NCBI GenBank assembly: GCA_038209745.1
Contig: JBBQXJ010000019.1
Coordinates: forward strand, 1-60,678
Reading direction: 5' to 3'
Source of the DNA: Verrucomicrobiota bacterium
GTDB taxonomy: Bacteria > Verrucomicrobiota > Verrucomicrobiia > Limisphaerales > CANJSG01
DNA: 60,678 bases
This document shows positions 40,744-49,940 of this stretch, piece after piece. The notes beneath the pieces are model-generated. The model was not told where the DNA came from, made no database searches, and worked only from the letters and a program-made list of their open reading frames with translations. The position numbers and the translations under genes were made by a program. The first letter of the stretch is position 1; each line of letters begins with the position of its first letter.

Positions 40744-42528
40744 ATGAAGTTCCGCTGGCAGGAGGCCCCGTCGATCTCGGATGAAATCCACCGCTTGGCG
40801 GGTGTGCTTTCGGTCTCCCCGCTGTTGGCCCGATGCCTCGCCAATCGCGGAGTGGGCGAGGCCGAATCGGCCGAAGCGTTCCTCCAGCCCCAGCTCAAAA
40901 GACTCCGCGACCCCTTTCTCCTCCCGAACATGTCCGGCGCCGTCGAGCGGCTGCTGGCCGCCCGGGAACGCGGCGAAGCGATGGTCGTGTTCGGCGACTA
41001 CGACGTGGATGGCGTCTCCTCCTCCGCGCTGCTGCTTGAAGGGATGCGCCGACTCGGTTGGCGGGTCGACGCCTACCTGCCGCATCGAATGGACGAGGGC
41101 TACGGGCTCAGTGCCGAAGGAGTCGCCAACTGTCTGGAACGTTTTCCCGCCACGCTGTTGCTCGCGGTGGATTGCGGCTCCACGGCGGTGGAAACCATCG
41201 CGTCGCTTCGCGGTCGGGGCGTCGATGTGATCGTGCTGGACCATCATCAGGTCAGCGATCCGTTGCCGGACGCGGTGGCCGTGGTGAATCCGAAGGTCCG
41301 TAGCCGCCGAGGTGACGAGACGGAACCGGCGACCGGCGAAGTCCGCTTCCTCGCGCCAGCGGCTACGGAGTTCGAGGAGCTCTGTTCCGTCGGGCTCGCC
41401 TTCAAGCTCGTCCATGCCTTGACCAAGCGCGGCCGCGAACTCGGCTGGCCGGCGGCGCTCGACCTCGATATCCGCGATTTCCTCGACTTGGTGGCCTTAG
41501 GCACCGTGGCCGATCTGGTGCCGTTGACCGGCGAGAACCGGATCCTGGTTTCCGCCGGCCTTCCTCGCCTGACGTCCACGAAACGTCCGGGTCTGATCGC
41601 CTTGAAGGAAGTCGCCGGGATCGACGGAGAAGTGAACGTCCGCGACGTGGGTTTCGGTCTCGGTCCTCGGCTCAATGCCGCCGGTCGATTGGAGAACGCC
41701 GACGAGTCGCTCAAGCTCCTGCTCTCTCCCAGTGCGAAGGAGGCGATGCCCATCGCCGAGAGTCTCGATTCCCGAAACCGCGAACGGCAGCGCATCGAAA
41801 AGGAGATCGTCCAGCAGGTCATCGGCGCGGTCCGGGCGCGGTTCGATCCTGAAACCGACTACGTGATCGTGGAGGGCCAGTTGCTCTGGCACATCGGCGT
41901 GGTGGGCATCGTGGCGTCGCGCGTCCTGCAGGAGTTCTACCGGCCCACGTTCATCATCGGAGGAGAAGGGGACGCATGGCGTGGATCCGGCCGCAGCATC
42001 GAAGGCTTCGATCTGGCGTCGGCGCTGCGCGAGTGCGACGACCTGCTCATCAAACACGGCGGCCATGCGATGGCGGCCGGCGTGACGGTCCATCCCGACC
42101 GGATCGACGAGCTGCGGAAGCGCCTGAACGAGGTCGCCCGGCAACGTCTTTCGAAGGACCACCTCAGGCCGAAGCTGCGCTTGGACGCCGTGGTCGCACT
42201 GAAGGATCTGACCGAGGACCGAATGAAGGAGCTCGGTCGTTTGGAACCCTTCGGCATGGGTAATTCGCCGGTGCAGGTGATTGTGCCCGCGCTTCGTCTG
42301 GATCAACCGGCCAAGCGCATGGGCAAGGAGAACCAGCACGTGCGGCTTCGTGTCACGGACGGGCAAGCGCGGGCGGACGCCGTCTGGTGGAACGTGCCGC
42401 CAAACGAGGCGATGCCGTCCGGAAGTTTCGATCTGGCCTGCGCGCCGGCCCTGAACGAATACAACGGGCGCGTCACCGTGCAGCTCAAACTGCTGGACTG
42501 GCGGGCGGCTGGCTCAACCCCGGGATGA
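40744..42528 (+). CDS. recJ: Single-stranded-DNA-specific exonuclease RecJ
   Basis: GDYDVDG, EGYGL, VDCG, LDHH, GTVADLVPL.GENR, PRLNAAGRL, RGSGRS, GGHAMAAG, LEPFGMGN. Confidence 0.95.
   Translation: MKFRWQEAPSISDEIHRLAGVLSVSPLLARCLANRGVGEAESAEAFLQPQLKRLRDPFLLPNMSGAVERLLAARERGEAMVVFGDYDVDGVSSSALLLEGMRRLGWRVDAYLPHRMDEGYGLSAEGVANCLERFPATLLLAVDCGSTAVETIASLRGRGVDVIVLDHHQVSDPLPDAVAVVNPKVRSRRGDETEPATGEVRFLAPAATEFEELCSVGLAFKLVHALTKRGRELGWPAALDLDIRDFLDLVALGTVADLVPLTGENRILVSAGLPRLTSTKRPGLIALKEVAGIDGEVNVRDVGFGLGPRLNAAGRLENADESLKLLLSPSAKEAMPIAESLDSRNRERQRIEKEIVQQVIGAVRARFDPETDYVIVEGQLLWHIGVVGIVASRVLQEFYRPTFIIGGEGDAWRGSGRSIEGFDLASALRECDDLLIKHGGHAMAAGVTVHPDRIDELRKRLNEVARQRLSKDHLRPKLRLDAVVALKDLTEDRMKELGRLEPFGMGNSPVQVIVPALRLDQPAKRMGKENQHVRLRVTDGQARADAVWWNVPPNEAMPSGSFDLACAPALNEYNGRVTVQLKLLDWRAAGSTPG
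41297..41369. repeat. REP-like doublet inserted in frame in recJ
   Basis: tccgtagccgc-cgaggtgacgagacgga...tccgcttcctcgcgcca-gcggctacgga; perfect 11-bp outer IR with GTAG/CTAC ends. Confidence 0.8.
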
Positions 42529-42777
42529 TTTGCGGTGAGGGGAAGAGGGAAGTGCCTCGTCGAGACGAAGCAGGACGTTTTCCAGTTGGAGCACGGTTTT
42601 CTCGCGTTCGAGACGTTCCATTTCGGAAAGGTGCCGCAGCTCCAAGGTCAGCTTTTCCACCGCCTCCTCCAGTTGATCCAGCTCCTGCCTGACCGGGACA
42701 ATGGCCTCTTTGTTTTCCCGGGTATCCCGCGCCAAGAACATCAGGCTCGCGACGAGGTCAGCGAATTGTTTGAGCAG
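42514..42777 (-). CDS. Small coiled-coil hypothetical protein; start appears to be CTG (or internal ATG at 42741)
   Basis: Reads (L)LKQFADLVASLMFLARDTRENKE...LEREKTVLQLENVLLR; heptad pattern; overlaps the upstream small ORF. Confidence 0.5.
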   Translation of the reverse strand: MLKQFADLVASLMFLARDTRENKEAIVPVRQELDQLEEAVEKLTLELRHLSEMERLEREKTVLQLENVLLRLDEALPSSPHRKSSRG

Positions 42778-42955
42778 GAGCCGGGTGGGATTGGATGCGG
42801 TCGAGCGTCTTGCGGGTGGACGATTGGAGCCGACGGGTCTTGGCGGCGGCCGGTCGGTTTTCGCGGTGCAGCGAGGCCAAGGCTTTGATCCCGTCGCTGA
42901 TCCTGGCCGAAACGGATCCTTCCAGATCCGAAACGCTGGCGGCCTTGGTCGTCAT
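42758..42955 (-). CDS. Small basic hypothetical protein
   Basis: 65-aa ORF between hpnJ and the coiled-coil ORF, overlapping the latter by 20 nt. Confidence 0.4.
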   Translation of the reverse strand: MTTKAASVSDLEGSVSARISDGIKALASLHRENRPAAAKTRRLQSSTRKTLDRIQSHPAPAQTIR

Positions 42956-42994
42956 GCTGGGTGGGCTACGGGATTCGCTCGCTGATTCAACCGA

Positions 42995-44428
42995 TCATTG
43001 CGCGGCCCTATCGCGCTTCCGCTGCTTGAGACTGGAGAAGAATTCCACGCCCTCGCGCAGACGACGGACGGCGACGTCCTTGTCCTGGAGCATGGTTTTC
43101 ACGATCCGGCCGATGGGGCGTGGGCGGAGGTAGTATTCCCGGTAGAAGCGGTCCACGCCTTCGAAGATCTCTTCCTTGGTCAGGCCCGGGTATTCAAGCG
43201 TGGACTGTTGGAGGCCATTGTCTTGGAGTATGTCGCCCTTGTCCTTCTTCACAAACCAGCCGTTCTGCCGCGCCATCTCATAGAGCTCTGTGCCGGGATA
43301 CGGCGCGGCGAGCGAGACCTGGAGGGAGAAGACGTCGAGCTCCTTCGCGAAGGCGATGGTCTGGGCCATGGTCTCGCGGGTCTCGACGGGGAGACCGAGG
43401 ATGAAGGTGCCGTGGATGACGACCCCAACCCGATGGCACGCCTTGGTGAATCGGCGCATCTCTTCGGTCGTGACGCCCTTCTTGATGCGCTTGAGCGTGT
43501 CGTCGTTGCCCGATTCGTAGCCGACGAGGAAGAGGCGGAGGCCGTGGTCCTTGAAGAAGCGGACCGTGTCCTCGTCGAGATTGGCGCGGCTGTTGCAGCT
43601 CCAGGTGATGCCGAGGCTTCCGAGCTTCTTCGCGATCTCCCGGGCGCGGGGGAGGTTCGCGGTGAAGGTGTCGTCGTCGAAGAAGAACTCCTTCACTTCC
43701 GGGAAGAGGCGCTTCATGTGGGCCATCTCGTCGGCGACGTTCTGCGGGGAGCGGACGCGGTATTTGTGGCCGCCGATGGTCTGGGGCCAGAGGCAGAAGG
43801 TGCACTGGGCGGGGCAACCGCGCCCGGTGTAGAGGCTGACGTAGGGATGCTGGAGGTAGCCGATGAAATACTTCTCGATGCTGAGATCGCGCCGATAGAC
43901 GTCGGCCACCCAGGGCAGGACGTCCATGTCGTGGATCAGCTCGCGTTCGGGATTGTGGATGACCTGACCGTCCTTCTTGAAGCTGAGGCCGGCGATCTGT
44001 TCGAGCGGACGGCCTTCACAGACTTCCTTGCAGGTGAAGTCGAACTCGCGACGGCCCACCCAGTCGATGGCGGACGAGGCGTTCAACGTCTCGCGCGGGA
44101 GAACCATCGTGTGTGCCCCGACGAAGCCGACGAGGGTGGCCGGCTTCTGCGCCTTGATGGCTTCGGCCACGCGGCAGTCGTTTTTCAGCGACGGCGTGGA
44201 GGTGTTGATGATGACGTGGTCGAAGCCCTTCGCGATGCGGAGGCATTCTTCGACGCCGATGCCGTGCGGGGGGCAATCGAGGAGGCGTGAACCCGGGACG
44301 AGCGCGGCGGGTTGGGCCAACCAGGTCGGATACCAGAAGCTGGTGACCTCGCGCCGGGCCTGGTAGCGCGCACCGGCCCCGCCGTCGAAGCCTTCAAAAC
44401 TCGGAGGAGAAAGAAAGAGTGCGCTCAT
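42995..44428 (-). CDS. hpnJ: Hopanoid biosynthesis-associated radical SAM protein HpnJ
   Basis: PPSFEGFDGGAGARYQARRE..SFWYPTWLAQPAAL, GRGCPAQCTFCLWPQT, FFDDDTFT, QVSLAAPYPGT. Confidence 0.93.
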   Translation of the reverse strand: MSALFLSPPSFEGFDGGAGARYQARREVTSFWYPTWLAQPAALVPGSRLLDCPPHGIGVEECLRIAKGFDHVIINTSTPSLKNDCRVAEAIKAQKPATLVGFVGAHTMVLPRETLNASSAIDWVGRREFDFTCKEVCEGRPLEQIAGLSFKKDGQVIHNPERELIHDMDVLPWVADVYRRDLSIEKYFIGYLQHPYVSLYTGRGCPAQCTFCLWPQTIGGHKYRVRSPQNVADEMAHMKRLFPEVKEFFFDDDTFTANLPRAREIAKKLGSLGITWSCNSRANLDEDTVRFFKDHGLRLFLVGYESGNDDTLKRIKKGVTTEEMRRFTKACHRVGVVIHGTFILGLPVETRETMAQTIAFAKELDVFSLQVSLAAPYPGTELYEMARQNGWFVKKDKGDILQDNGLQQSTLEYPGLTKEEIFEGVDRFYREYYLRPRPIGRIVKTMLQDKDVAVRRLREGVEFFSSLKQRKRDRAAQ

Positions 44429-44483
44429 GAACGTCGGGGAAATGCGTAGAGCAAGGAGGCTTGAGGCTCAAGCCATGGAAATG

Positions 44484-44517
44484 AAAAGGCGCTTCCCGCT
44501 GGATGCGTGGAAGCGCC
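44484..44517 (-). terminator. Terminator after hpnH
   Basis: GGCGCTTCC/GGAAGCGCC stem with AAAA on its left. Confidence 0.7.
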
Positions 44518-44544
44518 CGAAAGGGTCTGGGTCCGTCGTTGGCC

Positions 44545-45972
44545 CTACTCCGGCTTCACGTCGATCTTCTTGGCGTCTTTGATCTTCGCGAGGAGGTCGT
44601 CGCGCTGGGCGGTGTCGCCCGTGCCGCAACTGTCGCCTTCGGCGTGCTTGTGGTCGCCGTGGTCGTCCTTGGTCGAGAATGCGCCACGCGCGCCGGCGGA
44701 CGGGTTGATGGCGGCCTTGGCTTCGGCCAAATGGCCCTTGCCGATCGAAACGCCGTTGTAGGCCCGCTTGATGATCTCAGGAGTGGAAACCACCGGAGCC
44801 GGGCGGGTGGCGAAGTTGTATTTGAAGTTGGCCCACTGGTCGCGCGGCTTGGTGCTGAGCGCACCGGACGGATCGTAGCCACAGTGGACCATGCAGTTCT
44901 CGCAGCGAGGATCGCGGGCGACACCATCGACCACGCCGTAGCTCTCCCAGTTCACCTTGCCAAGCATCTCGGCGTAGGTGGGGTAGTGGCCGTCGGTCAT
45001 CAGGTAGCAGGGGGCTTTCCAGCCGCGGACGTTGAACGTCGGAATGGCCCAGGCGGTGCAGGTGAGCTCGCGTTTGCCGGCGAGGAACTCCTGATAGACG
45101 GGCGTGCCGAAGATGGTGAAGGCTTTGCCCCACTTTTCGATGTCCTTGAATTTGGCCCGGGTCATTTCGCGGGTCAGGAAGAACTCCTTCGGATCGCGGC
45201 CGAGGCGCTTGGCCATGTCCTTCTTGGCGGCGTCGTAGTCGTAGCCCGGAGAAATGGTGTGGCCATCGACGTTCAGGGAACTGAGGAACTTGAACATGTC
45301 CTCGATTTCCTGCACTTCCGTCTCTTTGTAGACGGTGGTGTTGGTCGCGCACTGGTAGCCCAGGATCTTGGCCATCTTGATGGCGGCCACGCATTCCTTG
45401 AAGACACCTTCACGCTCGACGATCAGGTCGTGGGTGTATTCCAAGCCGTCGACGTGGACGTTCCAGTAGTGCCACTTGCTGGGCTGGATCGTGAGCTTCT
45501 TACGGGCGTTTTCGTCCGCGTTGCGGATGCCTTCGGCTTCCTTCTCGGTGACGAGGTTTTCCTTCACCAGAGCCTGGAGCTTCTGCTCCATGGAAGGCGT
45601 CCAGTTGGCGGCCATGTATTCGCGCATTTTTTTGCGCATGAACATGCCGTTGGTGCAGATGTAGATGATGCGGCCCTGGTCGCGGAGGCCCTTCACCAGT
45701 TCCTCGATCTTGGGATAGATCAGGGGCTCGCCGCCGCAGACGGAGACCATCGGCGCGTCGCAGTCCATGGCCGCTTCAAGGCACTGCTCCAAGGGCACCA
45801 TGTCCTTCAGAGAGGTGCTGTATTCGCGGATACGACCGCAGCCGGTGCAGGTCAGATTGCAGGTGTGCAGCGGTTCGAGCTGCAGCACCATGGCAAACTT
45901 GGGGGACTTTTTGAGGCGGTGTTTGACGATGTGACGGGCAATTTTGACCGTCAGGGCGAGGGGAAATCGCAT
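44545..45972 (-). CDS. hpnH: Adenosylhopane-forming radical SAM enzyme HpnH (with DUF3463)
   Basis: LEPLHTCNLTCTGCGRI, APMVSVCGGEPL, CTAWAIPT, PCYL, YG...DPRCENCMVHCGY; adjacent to hpnJ. Confidence 0.88.
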   Translation of the reverse strand: MRFPLALTVKIARHIVKHRLKKSPKFAMVLQLEPLHTCNLTCTGCGRIREYSTSLKDMVPLEQCLEAAMDCDAPMVSVCGGEPLIYPKIEELVKGLRDQGRIIYICTNGMFMRKKMREYMAANWTPSMEQKLQALVKENLVTEKEAEGIRNADENARKKLTIQPSKWHYWNVHVDGLEYTHDLIVEREGVFKECVAAIKMAKILGYQCATNTTVYKETEVQEIEDMFKFLSSLNVDGHTISPGYDYDAAKKDMAKRLGRDPKEFFLTREMTRAKFKDIEKWGKAFTIFGTPVYQEFLAGKRELTCTAWAIPTFNVRGWKAPCYLMTDGHYPTYAEMLGKVNWESYGVVDGVARDPRCENCMVHCGYDPSGALSTKPRDQWANFKYNFATRPAPVVSTPEIIKRAYNGVSIGKGHLAEAKAAINPSAGARGAFSTKDDHGDHKHAEGDSCGTGDTAQRDDLLAKIKDAKKIDVKPE

Positions 45973-45984
45973 AGGTATTGATTA

Positions 45985-46191
45985 TCAGCGGACAGAAGCG
46001 ACGACGAGATGGGGGGGCGGCTGGTTTTCGACGGCCGGAGCCTCCTTGGTGGGTTCCGAACCGACAAGGCCGGGCAACAACATATCGAGGGGCGAAATGG
46101 TTCTTGAGGCCTGGAATCCGCCGCAGCCGGTCAGGCCCGCGATTCCAACGACCGCCAGGACCAAGATTGCGAGGCGTTTCACCGGCTTCAT
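45985..46191 (-). CDS. Small putative lipoprotein
   Basis: MKPVKRLAILVLAVVGIAGLTGC lipobox, then GGFQASRTISPLDMLLPGL. Confidence 0.65.
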   Translation of the reverse strand: MKPVKRLAILVLAVVGIAGLTGCGGFQASRTISPLDMLLPGLVGSEPTKEAPAVENQPPPHLVVASVR

Positions 46192-46272
46192 GGCGGGCAC
46201 TATAGGTGGGAGATCGCTTGCGGCAATTAACATTTGCCGATGTTTTCGGGGCGATTTGGGCCGGAATGAAGA

Positions 46273-46300
46273 ACGGCCGGAGACTGTTGTCTCCGGCCGT
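46273..46300 (-). terminator. Hairpin after the large secreted protein gene
   Basis: Perfect 12-bp stem ACGGCCGGAGAC-tgtt-GTCTCCGGCCGT; weak U-tract. Confidence 0.6.
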
Positions 46301-46327
46301 CGTGAGGCAAGGATCGGACCGATCAGC

Positions 46328-49300
46328 TCACTTGGTGACGCGGACGTTGGTCACCGTGGCGGTGCAGGTCTTGGAGTTGTTGTGCGACGTGATGGCCAGT
46401 CCGATGTAGCAGCTCGAGCCCATCTTGATCGTGCAGCTGTCGACCTTCGACCAGCTGTAGCCGTCTTTCGACTTGTAGCAGGTGAAGGTGTCACCCGTGC
46501 GGCGCAGCTTCACCCAGCTGGAGTCGGAGCCGCCCGAGGTGTGCTGGGAGGATCCACCGGTGTAGCAGCGGCGCTGGAAGGCGGTTCCGTTTCCGGCCGT
46601 CACGCAGGCGAAGGCGTGCTTGCTGTCGGAGTTCATGGATTCGCGGATCATGACTCCGCACTTGGCCCACGGATCGGTGTTGTCGATCGAGCTGACCTTG
46701 GCGGTGATTTCGCAGTCGCCGTAGCCATTCTGGAAGACATACTTGCAGTCGTCCTCGTTGCCCCAGATATCGGAGCCGGAGCCTTTGACGGTGTAGCATC
46801 TGTTAAGGCAGGAGCTGGAACCGCTGTAGTTGCAGTTGCCGATGTTCGTGTCGCGCCAAGGAGCGGGGACACACGTGGGCTTGGGATCGCCGGTGGGAGG
46901 GGGAGTGCTTCCATCGCAATTCAAGGTATCGCGGTGCGGAGCGCAGAGTCGTCCGTTGTTGTAGTCGTCGAGCTTGTTTTGGAGAGGTCCGCCAGTGGAC
47001 CAGGCGGAGGAATTGCCTGATACACCGCTTCCCACGGGATATTTTACGAGCCATGCATCCGCTGCAGTGATCGTATCGCTGATGCAGGAGGAGACGTTGC
47101 CGATCAGGACGTTCAGTTTGGCGGCGACGAGTTGGGGGAACATCGAGTAGGTTTTGTCTCCAGAAACCGACTGCTGCATGATGCTGATGGCCTGTGACTT
47201 GGTGTAGGTCTTGCCGCCAATCACGATGGATTCAACCGGCCATGCTTCAGGGTGGTTCTTCCAGTAACCGATCGTGCCGGTTCCGACACAAGGCGGTTGC
47301 GTCGTTTCGCACGGTCCGAAGTCGACGTTGATATCGCCGTGGCTCGTGGGGCAGAGCTTGTAGCCACAGTTGCTTGGCTGCTTCGCGATGGTGACGGTGA
47401 ACCAACCGGAGGCGCCGTTGTTGTAGTTCTTGCCGTTCGCGCCTACGCCCACTTGGAAGGCCGGGCCGTAGCGGTCGACGGTGATGACCGCGCCGGCGTA
47501 GTTGCCGAGTCCGGTCAAGGTGCCCGTGAAGCCGGTGTAGTAGGACCACGTTGCCGGGTTGATCGGCCCGCCGTTCTCGATGTAGGAGGAGGAGGAGAGT
47601 TCCTTCTTGGGGCTGCCGGCGGGGGCGTTCGTGGTGAAGCCGCTCACCGAGAGGTTCACGGAGAAGCTCCTCGAGGGATTAGAGGCGCTGTAGACGACGC
47701 CGGTGATGCTGCCGTTTCCATTGCCCGTTTGCACGAAGCGGAGGGGCTTGTTGCCGGCGATCAGGTCCGTGGCGATGCCGGGGAGGTAGAGGGCATGGCC
47801 GACGGAGTCACCCTGCCACTTGGACTCGACCAAGCATTGGTCTTCCGGGGGCGGCGGCGGGGCGCAAGGGCCGAAGTCGACGTTGATGTCGCCGTGGCTG
47901 GTGGGGGAGAGGTTGTAGTAGGAGCTGTTGGGCTGCTTGGTGACCGCAACGGTGAACCAACCGGAGGCGCCGTCATTGTAGTTCTTGCCGTTCGCGCCCA
48001 CGCCCACTTGGAAGGCCGGGCCGTAGCGGGCGACGGTGATGACCGCGCCGGCGTAGTTGCCGAGTCCGGTCAGGGTGCCCGTGAAACCGGTGTAGTAGCC
48101 CCAGGTGGAGGGATCGATCGGGCCGCTGTTTTCGATGTAGGCTGCGGAAGGCAGCTCCTTCTTGGGGCTGCCGGCGGGGGCGTTCGTGGTGAAACCGCTC
48201 ACCGAGATGTTCACGCTGAATCCCTTGTTGGGATTGGACGCGCTGTAGACCACTCCGGTGATCACGCCGGATCCATCGCTGGATTCCACGAAATGCAGCG
48301 GGTTGTTGCCAGCGATGAAGTCGGTGCCGATGCCCGGCAGGTAGATGGCATGGTTGCTTCCAGTGCTCTGGAACTCGACCAAGCAGTCTTCGGTGATGTC
48401 GATGCACTCGGTGGCGAGGCCGGCGAAGCTGCCGTGGCCGCTCTGGTTGCCGCCGGCGGTGAACATCCAGTTGAACGGGGCGGAGATGCCGAATCCAGGA
48501 TTGAGCCCGTTGGCGCCATTGCCGATCTGGACCGCTCCGGTGCTCGACACCATGAGGTTCATGCCCGCGGATCCTTCTAAGCCCGTCAGGGTTCCGGACA
48601 TGGAGGAATAGGAGACCCAGCCGGCCTGGGCACCGGGATCGCTGTAACCCGTGAGGGTCAGGTTGACGTTGAACTTGGAGGAGGGACTACCGGCCTTGTA
48701 GACGACGCCGGTGAGCATCGCCGAGGTGCCGTCGACCGGAACCAAACGGAGCGAGGTGGTCAGGTAGCTCGAGCCCGTTCCGAAGTCCAAGATGAATGCT
48801 GGGTTGTTCGCCGTCGCGTCCGTTGCCCTGAAGCAGTATTGGGTTTGCTCCGGCGGCGGCGGCGGGGGGGGGCACATTGCTTCGACGATTACCGGTTGTG
48901 AAGTCGCCGTAGAACCCAAATCAAGAATGACGCCGAAGACTTGGTTGCCGGCGGGCACGAAGCCTGCTCCGTTGGTGAGCAGGCTGTCCACGACAGGCTG
49001 AAGGGCCGGGGAAACGGCAAGACCTTCGATCAAGTTCCAGATGATGCGTTGAACATCATCTGGAGTGAGGGTTCCCTTGTTGTTGAGGAGGTAGTTGATT
49101 ACGTCCCAGTTGGGGAGCTGGAGATATGATGGAAGCGCTCCTGAAATTGGCCGCTGGATCGCGCCACAATAACTCAGACCCGGAGTGATGGGTGCGTAGC
49201 TCAAGAGACACCAACCCTGATAGGGAATGCCAGGCATCAGCGGGTAGGTCGTTGTGCCAGGATTAAAACCTGTCAACGTCACGTCGAAGAATGAACTCGT

Positions 49301-49435
49301 CCCGGTTTGGACCGAGTAGCATGTGGAACCTGGAAAGACATCACAGGTAACGACCTGAACCTGAGCATTGGACGTGGTGCCAAAACTCAGGAGCAGCGCG
49401 AGTATGCTGATCAGCGATAGTAGTTTTCGTTTCAT
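46328..49435 (-). CDS. Large Cys-rich secreted multidomain protein (thioester/TQXA-like domain, two 185-aa repeats, GYWKNH domain, C-terminal DUF1349-like sandwich)
   Basis: Signal peptide; YQGWC, DVQRIIW; repeats ending HGDINVDFGPC; TIGYWKNHPEAW; GSGSDIWG..AKCGVMIRES..WVKLRRTGDTF. Confidence 0.8.
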   Translation of the reverse strand: MKRKLLSLISILALLLSFGTTSNAQVQVVTCDVFPGSTCYSVQTGTSSFFDVTLTGFNPGTTTYPLMPGIPYQGWCLLSYAPITPGLSYCGAIQRPISGALPSYLQLPNWDVINYLLNNKGTLTPDDVQRIIWNLIEGLAVSPALQPVVDSLLTNGAGFVPAGNQVFGVILDLGSTATSQPVIVEAMCPPPPPPPEQTQYCFRATDATANNPAFILDFGTGSSYLTTSLRLVPVDGTSAMLTGVVYKAGSPSSKFNVNLTLTGYSDPGAQAGWVSYSSMSGTLTGLEGSAGMNLMVSSTGAVQIGNGANGLNPGFGISAPFNWMFTAGGNQSGHGSFAGLATECIDITEDCLVEFQSTGSNHAIYLPGIGTDFIAGNNPLHFVESSDGSGVITGVVYSASNPNKGFSVNISVSGFTTNAPAGSPKKELPSAAYIENSGPIDPSTWGYYTGFTGTLTGLGNYAGAVITVARYGPAFQVGVGANGKNYNDGASGWFTVAVTKQPNSSYYNLSPTSHGDINVDFGPCAPPPPPEDQCLVESKWQGDSVGHALYLPGIATDLIAGNKPLRFVQTGNGNGSITGVVYSASNPSRSFSVNLSVSGFTTNAPAGSPKKELSSSSYIENGGPINPATWSYYTGFTGTLTGLGNYAGAVITVDRYGPAFQVGVGANGKNYNNGASGWFTVTIAKQPSNCGYKLCPTSHGDINVDFGPCETTQPPCVGTGTIGYWKNHPEAWPVESIVIGGKTYTKSQAISIMQQSVSGDKTYSMFPQLVAAKLNVLIGNVSSCISDTITAADAWLVKYPVGSGVSGNSSAWSTGGPLQNKLDDYNNGRLCAPHRDTLNCDGSTPPPTGDPKPTCVPAPWRDTNIGNCNYSGSSSCLNRCYTVKGSGSDIWGNEDDCKYVFQNGYGDCEITAKVSSIDNTDPWAKCGVMIRESMNSDSKHAFACVTAGNGTAFQRRCYTGGSSQHTSGGSDSSWVKLRRTGDTFTCYKSKDGYSWSKVDSCTIKMGSSCYIGLAITSHNNSKTCTATVTNVRVTK
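47310..48395 (-). repeat. Two intragenic direct repeats, period 555 bp
   Basis: Anchor ccgaagtcgacgttgat at 47316 and 47871; long identical blocks. Confidence 0.9.
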
Positions 49436-49940
49436 GGTAATAAGTGTCACCTTTTTGGACAGCTGATGTCTTTTTAGTAGACTGACTGAATCTTGCAAGA
49501 ACAAAGGTCGGAAATTCCGAACAAACCGATTTCTACCGTTGAAGCAGGACTGGATCTTTCGTTCTTGATGGCTGGAAGGAGGTTGCCATCCGGCGGGGAA
49601 CTCGCTGCTAAGGGTGATGTTGGGCGCTCCAAACTCCGTCGCAATGTTTGCCTCATTCTCAGGCAGAGTGTTCGACGAGCAGCTAGCGGCCTGTCGGGCT
49701 TGCTTGTGCGTATTAAAATCGACGCTCGACGATTCAACTGGGCGCGTTTTGATTTCCGGGCAAGGTGTTTTGATGGTTCATAAACCCTGTTTTTGACCAT
49801 TTTTGTCCTAAGTCCGATAGACTTCGAGCACTTCGAGATCGCAAATCTGGGGTGTGCCTCATTTTTGTAAGAAGTGTCTTGAACTAGGAATGTTTCCGCG
49901 TTAGAAGTTTTTTGTTGGCGAAAATCAGCTTAAAAATTTT

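Noticed and set aside
39646..42528. 960-aa ORF suggesting an N-terminally extended RecJ
   Set aside because: The N-terminal part is an alternative frame of terC; RecJ starts at 40744
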